Assembly (NCBI GenBank): GCA_964542035.1
Contig: CAZISZ010000003.1
Location: forward strand, 1 to 32,948
Reading direction: 5' to 3'
DNA: 32,948 bases
Origin: an uncultured Ruminococcus sp.
GTDB lineage: Bacteria; Bacillota; Clostridia; Oscillospirales; CAG-272
The notes below the pieces were generated by a model. That model ran no database searches. It was not told where the DNA came from and worked only from the letters and a program-made list of their open reading frames with translations. The translations under genes were made by a program, and so were the position numbers. Positions 7,140-16,269 of this stretch are shown one piece after another; positions within the stretch are counted from its first letter, which is position 1, and each line of letters opens with the position of its first letter.

Positions 7140-8659
7140 CGTTGCCTACGTCCCTCTCCGACAATAGGTAGCGGATGTGTACGCGACTTTGCCGCAAGCA
7201 TCATTACCGCCGAAACGATTTTTTCTCGCAATTCCTGCGGATTGATGATATCATCTATTTGTCCGTACATAGCTGCTTCGGCGGGAGATGCCAGTTCGGA
7301 TCGCCATTTTTTCTCCAACTCCTCACGTGTTACGGTAACATCATTGGCGCAGATACGGTCATTCCAAACAAAAGCAACAGACGCCTCGGGAGACATCGGA
7401 CTGATGCAAGCCGTGGGAAGTGCAAACGCGATATCGCCGCCCACAGACCGAGACGCCATCAGGGTAAATCCAATACCGTAAGCATGACCCAATACCATAC
7501 AGATCTTGGCATTTTCAGATATCACCATTGCACGGTAAAGCTCAGCCACAGCTTCGGCATATGCTGCTTGATCACTCTCATCCTTATCTGCACCATCGCT
7601 GTTTACCAAAGTGATAAGCGGAATGCCGAAACCATTGCAAAAAGCCACAATTTTTGAGAGTTTACGACACGCGGCACAAGACATAACACCGCCGCGAACA
7701 GATGATTCATTTGCCGCCAAGCAACATACAACGCCTCCGATATAGGCAAAACCGATAACCAGCTCTGCGGGCTTGCCGCCTATAAACATTACGTTATCAT
7801 CATCGGAGAGTGCCGATATAAGGCGGCGCGCACCGAACACGCCGTCGCTCGTACCGTACTCCATAGCATATATAAGATCCGGCGGCATAGGACGATTAAG
7901 CACCGGTATGTCTGAAACACGCGTCCCATCATTGCAGTTTGACGGCAAATAAGCCAAAAGTTCGCGGGTACGCGGATAAAGTTCATCTTCATCGTCAACA
8001 ACTATATCGCAAATATCTTCTATGGGGGTGTCCGTTTCGCACACATCGCCGCCTATAAACGGCGGAACAATATAAAATTCTCCCTGTCCTCTTACAGCCA
8101 GCTTAAAATCAAATGATGCGGCAAGCGTTGCCATGCCTCCGCCGCATATGCCCGGAATCAGCGCAATTGTTGGCAAAATATTGCGTGCCTGCTCAAGTTG
8201 GCGCATAACATCACCGTATGCCGCAAGAACCCGAACACCCTCATACACAGACGCACCGTTTGAATCAAATATGCCTACCAACGGTGCACCGTTACGAATG
8301 GCCAGACGAATAAGTTCGGTTATTTTGCCGGCCGCAACACTGTCAAACGCACCGCGCATACGAGCGTTATCCTGCACAAATGCGTAAACAAGCCTCCCCC
8401 CCACAGCACCGTAACCGGTTATGACAGATGAAAAGACTGCCGCAGGATCATCATTCACACCTGTGCGAGCTATATAAGTCCCTGTCTCCGCAAATGTACC
8501 AATATCAAACAGAGCCGTTATGCGCGCACGGGCATTATATCCGCCATTTGCCTCTTTTATTGAGCTTATGTCGATATTTTTCAGCATTTCACTGAGTTTG
8601 CTTGCGGCAATCGCTCCAAGCACACTTTTCTTGCGCTCACTGCGATCGGTATTTTCCAT
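7136..8659 (-). CDS. Acyl-CoA carboxyltransferase (MmdA/PccB-like), divergent
   Basis: 'ARARI..LFD.GTF.E', 'VITGYGAVGGRLVY.F.QD', 'G.FDS.GA...EG', 'GIPLITLV', 'MSPEASV' and 'IDDII.P.E.R'. The start is uncertain: 8659 has no RBS and sits right after a -10-like TATACT, so the true start may be downstream. Confidence 0.88.
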   Translation of the reverse strand: MENTDRSERKKSVLGAIAASKLSEMLKNIDISSIKEANGGYNARARITALFDIGTFAETGTYIARTGVNDDPAAVFSSVITGYGAVGGRLVYAFVQDNARMRGAFDSVAAGKITELIRLAIRNGAPLVGIFDSNGASVYEGVRVLAAYGDVMRQLEQARNILPTIALIPGICGGGMATLAASFDFKLAVRGQGEFYIVPPFIGGDVCETDTPIEDICDIVVDDEDELYPRTRELLAYLPSNCNDGTRVSDIPVLNRPMPPDLIYAMEYGTSDGVFGARRLISALSDDDNVMFIGGKPAELVIGFAYIGGVVCCLAANESSVRGGVMSCAACRKLSKIVAFCNGFGIPLITLVNSDGADKDESDQAAYAEAVAELYRAMVISENAKICMVLGHAYGIGFTLMASRSVGGDIAFALPTACISPMSPEASVAFVWNDRICANDVTVTREELEKKWRSELASPAEAAMYGQIDDIINPQELREKIVSAVMMLAAKSRTHPLPIVGEGRRQR

Positions 8660-8759
8660 AGTATATCATATCCGTTCTGCCGACGTGAAGCGGCTGTTTT
8701 CGTTAATAAATAAATAATAATAGCAAAAGTTTATCATCACAAAATACAACAATCAACTC

Positions 8760-9932
8760 TCATTTTTTCAGCGACTTTGTAAAGGTCTCTATGCGCTGAA
8801 GTGCTTCATCGATATGCTTGAGAGAATATGCATAGGAGATTCTCGCAAATCCCTCGCCTGAGCGTCCGAAGGCTGTTCCCGGAACTATTGCGCATTTGTG
8901 CTCGTAAAGCAGACGGTTGCAAAATTCATCACTCGTCAGCCCAAACTTGCCTATCTCGGGATAGATATAAAATGCTCCCTCTGGCTCAAACGACTCAATA
9001 CCGATATCGGCGAGACCGCGGTGAATATATCTGCGCCGCTGATCGTACTGCTCAGCCATATATTCAATGTCTTCATCACCGTTCTTCATAGCCTCAATAG
9101 CAGCCAACTGACTTGTTGTCGGAGCGCACATGATGGCGTATTGATGAAGTTTTAGAATCTGATCCGCTATCGGTTGCGGAGCGCAAACATAGCCAAGTCG
9201 CCATCCTGTCATTGCATATGCCTTTGAAAAACCCGAAGCAAGCACCGTGCGCTCGCGCATTCCCTGAATAGATGCTATAGATGTATGTTTAAATCCGAAT
9301 GTAAGCTCGGCATATATCTCATCCGAAAGTATAGCCATACCCGTGGGTCTTATCACCTCGGCAATACGTTCGAGATCATCGCGCGTCATAACCGCGCCGG
9401 TGGGGTTGTTGGGATACGCCAATACCAAAAGTTTTGTGCGAGTAGTTATTGCAGCCGCAAGTTTTTCTGGTGTGAGTTTGAATTTATCCGAGGCGCATGT
9501 ATCAACAATAACAGGCACTCCGCCCGCCATCCTCACCAACGGCTCATAGCAAACAAAGCACGGTTCGGGTATTATGACCTCATCTCCGGGGGTAACAAGC
9601 GCACGAATTGTCATATCTATAGCCTCGCTGCCGCCGACGGTAACTATTACCTCACTGCGAGGCTCATATTCCAACGCAAATCGACGAGAGAGATAAGCAG
9701 ATATTTCTCGGCGCAACTCAATCGTGCCTGCATTCGATGTATAATACGTTTTTCCTTTTTCCAGGCTCTGAATTCCCGCCTCGCGGATATGCCAAGGAGT
9801 AACAAAATCGGGCTGACCTACAGTAAGAGAGACGACATCGTCCATCTCCTCAAGCAGATCAAAAAATTTTCGTATACCGGATTTTTTAAGGGAGCGTACT
9901 GTGGGAGAAAGTAATTTGTTGTAATCAAACAT
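8760..9932 (-). CDS. PLP-dependent aminotransferase class I/II (aspartate/alanine aminotransferase family)
   Basis: GQPDF, YPNNPTG, SDEIY, GFSKAYAMTGWRLGY (PLP Lys) and RISYA. Confidence 0.96.
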   Translation of the reverse strand: MFDYNKLLSPTVRSLKKSGIRKFFDLLEEMDDVVSLTVGQPDFVTPWHIREAGIQSLEKGKTYYTSNAGTIELRREISAYLSRRFALEYEPRSEVIVTVGGSEAIDMTIRALVTPGDEVIIPEPCFVCYEPLVRMAGGVPVIVDTCASDKFKLTPEKLAAAITTRTKLLVLAYPNNPTGAVMTRDDLERIAEVIRPTGMAILSDEIYAELTFGFKHTSIASIQGMRERTVLASGFSKAYAMTGWRLGYVCAPQPIADQILKLHQYAIMCAPTTSQLAAIEAMKNGDEDIEYMAEQYDQRRRYIHRGLADIGIESFEPEGAFYIYPEIGKFGLTSDEFCNRLLYEHKCAIVPGTAFGRSGEGFARISYAYSLKHIDEALQRIETFTKSLKK

Positions 9933-10408
9933 CAGTTGCAGTTTCCTCTCTCGTCTTGCTCCCGCAGACCATACACGACACCTTTGTCTTTGTATTTTTT
10001 TAGAACGAAATGTGTTGCTGTTGACATAACATATTCGATCGGTGCAAGTTTTTGCGCAACAAAAAACGCAACCTCACGCATAGTTTTGCCTTCAATTATA
10101 AGAGCAAGATCAAATCCGCCGGACATAAGATAAACACTTTTCACTTCAGGGTAACTGTATATTTTTTCGGCGGCTTTATCAAAACCGAGGTCGCGCATGG
10201 GGGTTATTTTCACCTCAATAAATGCGGTCACGTATTCGCGATCTGTTTTATCCCAATCAACGAGCGCCTGATAACCGAGTATTGTACCGTCCGACTCATA
10301 TCCCTCAATTGCGGTCTTTATATCGCCTGTTTCCTTACCCAGCATCACCGCCAGTTGTTCTGGGGTGAGTTTAGCGTCTTTTTCAAGCAATGTAAGAATC
10401 TTATCCAT
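9932..10408 (-). CDS. Lrp/AsnC family transcriptional regulator
   Basis: N-terminal HTH and RAM domain 'YPEVKSVYLMSGGFDL...TATHFVLKKYK'. AAGGAG RBS; TGATG coupling to the aminotransferase, as in the YugG-YugH-type pair. Confidence 0.95.
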   Translation of the reverse strand: MDKILTLLEKDAKLTPEQLAVMLGKETGDIKTAIEGYESDGTILGYQALVDWDKTDREYVTAFIEVKITPMRDLGFDKAAEKIYSYPEVKSVYLMSGGFDLALIIEGKTMREVAFFVAQKLAPIEYVMSTATHFVLKKYKDKGVVYGLREQDERGNCN

Positions 10409-10450
10409 TTTATTCTCCTTGGTTTAAAGTTATTTTTCGTTTCACGGAGT

Positions 10451-12064
10451 TTATTTCTTTAATAATCTGTATTTTACCTTTTTTTCTATAGAATCAAAGG
10501 AAAGCCCGTATTTTTCGGCAATATCTCGTGCGTAGCTCTTTCCGTCGGGTTTAGCTCTGGTTATCTTAAAGGAACGTTGCCCCTCTTCAATTCCCGCCAC
10601 CAGTGTGTCTATTCGCGCACCGTTGGGACGTGTGCGCTCATTTATACCATCTATCATACTCGCAAGCTCGTGCAAGTGGGTTGAGAACAACACTCGGCAA
10701 CCTATCAACGAAAATCCCGCAAGCACCTCGGCGGCGATATAAGAAGCTTCAAAAGAGCCGGTGGATGAGAGCGACTCATCCAACAGCACCAATGACTTGC
10801 TGCTAACCGCATTGATTATCGCGTCAAGCCTCGCGCATTCCTCTCCAAGTCTTCCTTTATCTATAGTGTCATCGGCTCCGGTAGGAAAATGTGTAAATAT
10901 GGCGTCAACCGGAGAAACAACAGCGCTTTCAGCCGGAAAGAACATTCCGAGTTGCAACAACGCCTGCGATATACCGAGTGCGCATGTAATAACGGATTTA
11001 CCGCCGCGATTGGGTCCCGACAAAACATAGATCGTAGCATTTTCGTCAAATACAAGGTCGTTGGGAACAACATCTCCTTCTATTTTTAAGGCTACGGCTG
11101 GATTGTAAAGTCCTATTGCTTTATATGTGCGATCTTCGGATGACGCGATGGTTGGAAGACAAAGCGGACATCCCTTGGCACGCAAGCGCGCCAGCATTCT
11201 TGTGCCCTTTACCAAAAATTCTATCTCAGGCATCAGGTCCAAAAGAAAATCGGTATTTTCCAATACATATTGCTGAACGATCTTCTTCCACGATCTGAGC
11301 GATGAACTGTAAACATCGTTAATTGCAGTATTAAAGGCGATAGAGAGTGCGGTCTTTTGGTTTTCCGTTTGATTTTTATTAAACGGCACCAGTTTTGCAA
11401 TGCAGGTGTACTCGTCATCTCTGAAGTTAAGTCGCAATATCTTTTCTATCACATCTCCCGAGCGGAACTGCTCGGGGTTGATGGAGAGCACTCCCGCCTC
11501 GCGCGGGCGCAGTTGAGCATCAAGATTTACTCCGACAGTCACGCTTTTTATCTCGCGCACACGCTTCGTAAGTTCGCACAGTTTTTCATTGAGTTCGCTG
11601 TAATAATCGCTTTCCGCCAGCTCGTTTATACGATCGCACAGTGTGCGAAAAGCGCGGCTGCGCAACTTGTCCGACACGGCGTTAAGACCGTCATTCAGAG
11701 TATCTACACTTGATATATACAGTTCTATCTCCGTGATACTGGCAAGATAATCCGTGGTGTCCCCGTTGTCTGATTCAAGCCTGCGGAGCTCTAAAATATC
11801 ACCGAGTATCGGCATTACGGAATTCAGCGTATCGATAAGTTCGGGGTTATCAAGCAAATCGGCAAATGTTTCGTTTCGATATGCTATAACATCCGGATCG
11901 GCGGTAAAAAATTCCGAAAGCGAGCCGTTTTTTAATTCAAGTATATCACCGAGGCCCAATTCATCCACCACGTACGGACTGATATTCGGACGATCCTCCG
12001 AACGAAGATGGCGTTCTCGCGATTCCTCTCCGGGATATATCAGAGAAAAGTTTTTAAGATCCAT
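10451..12064 (-). CDS. MutS-related ATPase (domain V only; not canonical MutS or MutS2)
   Basis: Walker A SGPNRGGKS, 'VDAIFTHF', 'GRLGEE', Walker B LLDES..ST, STHLHEL and 'SYA.DIA.KYG'. No mismatch-binding domain I or Smr domain is visible. Confidence 0.9.
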   Translation of the reverse strand: MDLKNFSLIYPGEESRERHLRSEDRPNISPYVVDELGLGDILELKNGSLSEFFTADPDVIAYRNETFADLLDNPELIDTLNSVMPILGDILELRRLESDNGDTTDYLASITEIELYISSVDTLNDGLNAVSDKLRSRAFRTLCDRINELAESDYYSELNEKLCELTKRVREIKSVTVGVNLDAQLRPREAGVLSINPEQFRSGDVIEKILRLNFRDDEYTCIAKLVPFNKNQTENQKTALSIAFNTAINDVYSSSLRSWKKIVQQYVLENTDFLLDLMPEIEFLVKGTRMLARLRAKGCPLCLPTIASSEDRTYKAIGLYNPAVALKIEGDVVPNDLVFDENATIYVLSGPNRGGKSVITCALGISQALLQLGMFFPAESAVVSPVDAIFTHFPTGADDTIDKGRLGEECARLDAIINAVSSKSLVLLDESLSSTGSFEASYIAAEVLAGFSLIGCRVLFSTHLHELASMIDGINERTRPNGARIDTLVAGIEEGQRSFKITRAKPDGKSYARDIAEKYGLSFDSIEKKVKYRLLKK

Positions 12065-12092
12065 TTTTGTTTTTCCTTTGTTTTATCTGTAT

Positions 12093-13199
12093 TTACGTAT
12101 CTTTTATTTCATTCACCGTATTGCGATTCACACACTTATCGGCATTTTTTACCGAATCGGCTATGCTCGAATGTACATCTGCAACACGTCTAACATCATC
12201 GCCGAGCGGATTTTTTCCCATTGCACGTTCAACATCACTGTCGGCAACATGCGTATAAATCTGAGTGGTATTCAGTTGCTCGTGACCGAGTATCTCCTTG
12301 AGCACACGCACATCAACACCGCCCTCACGGTACATAAGTGTTGCCGCGGTGTGCCGCAACTTATGCACGGAATAGTTTTTGGATCCGAGCCCAGACATAT
12401 CCAAATACTTATCAACCATATTTTCAACAGCCTTGGGGCTTATTCTTTTTCCCACTCGGCTGATAAACAACGCCGTGGCATCTCCTTGTGTTTTCGGCTT
12501 TATATCGCCGCGTGCACGTTCTGCCATGTGATCCGCAAGCGCCGCCTTGGTCGCATCGTTGAAATAAACCACGCGCTCTTTATTCCCCTTGCCCACTATT
12601 CTTGCCGAACGCAGATACCTGTCAACGTCCGAAATATTCATACCGCACAATTCCGAAAGACGTATACCGCAGTTCAGAAAAACGGTAATGATGGCAAAGT
12701 CGCGCACTCGCTGATTTGATTCGGTATCCCCAAGGACAGTATCAAGCAACAATCTCGATTCATCAAGTGTCAGATATTTCGGCAGTGACTTTCGTTTGGT
12801 CGGTACGTCAATGGCAACCGTCGGGTCTTGATCTATCAATTGTCGCTTGGACGTAAGGTATTTATAAAGTCCTTTTATGGATGTAAGTTTGCGTGCGCGT
12901 GCGGCGGCACCGTTTTTTCGATCACTGTTTATATAAAACAAAAAATCGTATATTTCCGTTGCCTTTACACTTCGTAAAAACTCAATATCTACTTTTTTTA
13001 TATCGACGGATCTGAACTCATCGCTCTCCGGCGGCGGAACTTCGCCTGCCCTTTTTGTTATCAAAAAGCGAAAGAAAGTTCGAAGATCCAACATGTATTC
13101 ATTTACCGTACGTGGCGAGCGACCTTGTATTACAAGCTTATATCCGGCAAATTCGCGCAGAATCAGAGAGTAATCATCGGGATTGTATTGTGTTGACAT
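12093..13199 (-). CDS. xerC: Tyrosine recombinase, chromosomal XerC-type
   Basis: Catalytic R-K-H-R-H-Y set: GIRLSEL, GKGNKER, HKLRH, LGH and TQIY. N-terminal SAM-like domain; AAGGAG RBS before the ATG at 13199. No phage or ICE genes adjacent. Confidence 0.88.
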   Translation of the reverse strand: MSTQYNPDDYSLILREFAGYKLVIQGRSPRTVNEYMLDLRTFFRFLITKRAGEVPPPESDEFRSVDIKKVDIEFLRSVKATEIYDFLFYINSDRKNGAAARARKLTSIKGLYKYLTSKRQLIDQDPTVAIDVPTKRKSLPKYLTLDESRLLLDTVLGDTESNQRVRDFAIITVFLNCGIRLSELCGMNISDVDRYLRSARIVGKGNKERVVYFNDATKAALADHMAERARGDIKPKTQGDATALFISRVGKRISPKAVENMVDKYLDMSGLGSKNYSVHKLRHTAATLMYREGGVDVRVLKEILGHEQLNTTQIYTHVADSDVERAMGKNPLGDDVRRVADVHSSIADSVKNADKCVNRNTVNEIKDT

Positions 13200-13307
13200 T
13201 ATTTCTCTCCTTCTTCTCAAATATGACGATGATAGCGAAACACACCTACTGTTATGTAATATGATGACCGTTTTGGTGGATAAAGTGTAAATTTTCGGGC
13301 TTTGATA

Positions 13308-13336
13308 TTGCTTTTTTTCGCCCGAGATTATATAAT
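13308..13336 (+). promoter_or_regulatory. SigmaA promoter for the membrane protein/HAD genes
   Basis: TTGCTT-17 nt-TATAAT. Confidence 0.6.
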
Positions 13337-13391
13337 AAGCATGTATGAATAAATCTATCGGCGATACCGCCGTGAAAGGAAATTATTATTT

Positions 13392-13988
13392 ATGGGCTTT
13401 TTAAAGAAAAATTCCTACACTATCGTAAAGTTGTTTATCAATCAACTGGCGATATCCATCTTTGGCAATGTTCTGGCAATTGCCTGCGGCATGGCTGATA
13501 ACCAAGCGCTGAAACTTGTTACCAGTATTTTTGCCATTTTGTTTTTTTTGTTTTTAAACTATTCGGTACTTTGGGAGATCGGCTACAAAAATATCCCGGC
13601 AATAGATGCCGGTCGCATGCCGCGACGGCCGCTGAACGGTTTTTATATGGCACTGTGGGCATCGGTTCCCAACTTTATTTTTGCCGTAATCATTATGCTT
13701 GCACAGCTTTTCTGCGACATTGAATTTTTCTCTACACTCGGCGGTGTGACATCAATGATAGCAATATGGGTACAGGGCATGTACACCGGACTTTTGTCCT
13801 ATATAAAAATCAATGCACAGCCCGCCAATGCCTACTGGATATCTTATTTTCTCATAACGATTCCCGGCTTGCTTGCCGGACTTTTCGGTTATTGGTTCGG
13901 TATTCTCAACCTACATCTCACACGCATAAACATTGCCGAAACGCCCGAAGAAGCGGAAAAAAAGCGAAATGCCAAACTTGATAAATAA
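13392..13988 (+). CDS. Hypothetical integral membrane protein (about 5 TM helices)
   Basis: AAAGGA RBS, five hydrophobic stretches and a charged C-terminal tail. Confidence 0.85.
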   Translation: MGFLKKNSYTIVKLFINQLAISIFGNVLAIACGMADNQALKLVTSIFAILFFLFLNYSVLWEIGYKNIPAIDAGRMPRRPLNGFYMALWASVPNFIFAVIIMLAQLFCDIEFFSTLGGVTSMIAIWVQGMYTGLLSYIKINAQPANAYWISYFLITIPGLLAGLFGYWFGILNLHLTRINIAETPEEAEKKRNAKLDK

Positions 13989-14056
13989 CCCGCTTTATGG
14001 CACACGAACAAGACAGATTAAAAAACAAGTCAAATAAGTAAGGAAAGAAATGCGCT

Positions 14057-14680
14057 ATGCTTAAAAATTACGACAATATAGTTTATGATTTCGACGGAAC
14101 GATAGCCGATTCCTATCCGTATTTCACCCGTGCGCTTCACCAAACGCTTGATCATTTCGGCATATACGACAGTTACGAAGCAGTACTCGGGCACTTAAAA
14201 ATATCCGTGCGGCACGCACTGAATTTTTATGCGCCCGACAGGCGTACCGAAGTCAGAAAAATGATGTACGATATATATCAGCAGTTGGCGATTGAAGAAG
14301 GACATCCCATTTTGGGGATCCCGGAGGCATTGGAGTATACCATCGCCAACGGCGGGCGCAACTTTTTGTACACGCATTCCGATAAATTTCCGACCACACT
14401 GCTTGAACGTTGGGGACTGCTTGATAAGTTTACATTTATCATTGACAGCACCATGAAATTCCCCTCAAAACCCGCCCCGGATGCGCTCAACTATCTTTGC
14501 GATAGCTATTCACTCAATAAGGAACGCACGCTGATGGTTGGAGACCGAGACATAGATGTACTTGCGGGTTTGAATGCGAATTTGCACGGCTGTTTATTTG
14601 ATGACGGTCATTTTTACGATAACTTTAGATGTGAGCATATAATACGCGATATGAGGGACATGATATCGATAATAGGCTAA
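14057..14680 (+). CDS. HAD-superfamily hydrolase (subfamily IA phosphatase)
   Basis: DFDGT motif I, YTH motif II, KPAP motif III and VGDRDID motif IV. Confidence 0.93.
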   Translation: MLKNYDNIVYDFDGTIADSYPYFTRALHQTLDHFGIYDSYEAVLGHLKISVRHALNFYAPDRRTEVRKMMYDIYQQLAIEEGHPILGIPEALEYTIANGGRNFLYTHSDKFPTTLLERWGLLDKFTFIIDSTMKFPSKPAPDALNYLCDSYSLNKERTLMVGDRDIDVLAGLNANLHGCLFDDGHFYDNFRCEHIIRDMRDMISIIG

Positions 14681-14703
14681 AAAGATAAACAAAATAATTA
14701 CCC

Positions 14704-14739
14704 GGGGCTGCCGCATGTGCCGCAGCCCCTATTTTATTT
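14704..14739 (+). terminator. Rho-independent terminator, probably bidirectional
   Basis: An 8-bp stem ggggctgc/gcagcccc is followed by tattttattt, between convergent genes. Confidence 0.7.
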
Positions 14740-14784
14740 GTTTTTTCTCCCGGCGCGCCCTGTAATTGTACCGTTTGCAGCGCC

Positions 14785-16173
14785 TTAGTTTGCGGTAGCA
14801 TATGTTTCGGAGATAAATTTTTCAAACGCCGGCAATACAAGTTTGTGTCCGTCAAGGTTGAGATGGCTGACATCCGTTGGCTTCATGGAATATTTTGCTC
14901 TGAATACCTCGCTTGTCATATCCACACCGGAGAGAGACGGATCATCCGCACTAAAACACGGTATACCTTTTATGGTACAAATCTCGCGCATAGCGTCGGC
15001 ATAATCGCCTACGGTATTTCCTATATCGTTGGTACCGGAAACCTTCCACGGCGTTACTCCCATTATAACGGCATTTGGGTATTTTTGGAGCAAACCATCA
15101 ATCATAACGTTGAGCGCTCCCTTAAATGTCTTGGTATCGACCGAGTCGTTCATACCAATGGGAACCAGTTTGTTATAATCGTTTCGCCCCCCCTCGAAGA
15201 TGACTATATCCGGGTTGTTGTTTGCCATTGTTTTGTAACGAACACACATCGGATTTTTATCGGTCACATAGTTTGATATTGTTGAACCGTTTTTACCGTA
15301 GTTTGTGCCGTTCATATCATAAATAGCGGCAATAAGAGACGGCCAAACATATGCGGCATCCAGTCCGTTGCCGGCAAAATAGCTGTCGCCGATAAAATTC
15401 ACAGTAAGCCCTTTAAGGTTGGGATATTTGATATTCGCTCGAGCATCGGCAATATAGGCATCGAATGCCTCTTTTTCACGAACGGATACACTTACAGTTC
15501 CCACCTCACCTGTAAATTCGGCGAATACATCCGGAAATTTTGATGGGGTAAAAGATGTTTGTTGCCCGGAACGGAAACAAAGTCTTATATTTTCGTTATC
15601 CTTGGATGTGGTGTAAACATACGTTACACTGCCGTCGGCATTGGCAATGGAAATATCGCTTGACGAATTTCCGCAACCGCGGTAATTGGCACCGTCAAGA
15701 TTGATGACCCATTCATTCCCCTCCCACTTCCATGAAGATATTACATATGCAGCTGCGGAGGCGAAATTTGTATCTCCGTTTGAATTGGTGTTATCATCGG
15801 TAAAATATATCTTCGTTCCCGCTTTGGAAATGGTTAAAACATCAGAATAAGAGTATGATCCGCCATTCTCTTTTATTTTATTTACGTAATTTTGAGCGTT
15901 TTGATCGGATCCAACATAACCGCAATTCCATTTGACATCAACCACCACAGGACCCGCAAGAACCGCAGCCGTAGTTTCTGAAACTGAGTCTGAAGTTTCA
16001 TCCTTTTTGTCTTTATCGGTCAGGGTGTCATCCGACAAATCGCCGGACAACGCAGAGGTAGTAGATGCCGCATCGGCAGTGGTGATATCGCCACCGCCAT
16101 AGTTATCACATGCGGTCATCAACGCGAACAGCATTATCACGATTAACAAATAAAACAAAACCGATTTTTTCAT
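14785..16173 (-). CDS. Lipoprotein with a C-terminal SGNH/GDSL hydrolase domain
   Basis: Lipobox LMTA-C, a Ser/Thr/Asp linker, and SGNH blocks FIGDSY, GKNG, GGRND and DVSH; GAGGAG RBS. Confidence 0.9.
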   Translation of the reverse strand: MKKSVLFYLLIVIMLFALMTACDNYGGGDITTADAASTTSALSGDLSDDTLTDKDKKDETSDSVSETTAAVLAGPVVVDVKWNCGYVGSDQNAQNYVNKIKENGGSYSYSDVLTISKAGTKIYFTDDNTNSNGDTNFASAAAYVISSWKWEGNEWVINLDGANYRGCGNSSSDISIANADGSVTYVYTTSKDNENIRLCFRSGQQTSFTPSKFPDVFAEFTGEVGTVSVSVREKEAFDAYIADARANIKYPNLKGLTVNFIGDSYFAGNGLDAAYVWPSLIAAIYDMNGTNYGKNGSTISNYVTDKNPMCVRYKTMANNNPDIVIFEGGRNDYNKLVPIGMNDSVDTKTFKGALNVMIDGLLQKYPNAVIMGVTPWKVSGTNDIGNTVGDYADAMREICTIKGIPCFSADDPSLSGVDMTSEVFRAKYSMKPTDVSHLNLDGHKLVLPAFEKFISETYATAN

Positions 16174-16269
16174 TTGTCTTTTCTCCTCAAACTTTCGCCT
16201 TACATGAAGATGTTCATGCGGTTTGATATTGATGATCTGCTATTATGCTTTCGGTACTCGCGTTGCCGT

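Noticed and set aside
11754-12719. 321-aa plus-strand ORF
   Set aside because: It is antisense to the xerC and MutS-like genes, has no RBS or motif, and is a typical shadow frame of tyrosine recombinase genes.
12093-13199. Recombinase as the integrase of a prophage or ICE
   Set aside because: There are no att repeats, tRNA, excisionase or mobile cargo, and the flanks are housekeeping genes.
13235-13262. Possible dif site upstream of xerC (TTATGTAATAT resembles the XerD arm)
   Set aside because: Only one arm matches; the spacer and left arm do not resemble the Firmicute dif consensus.
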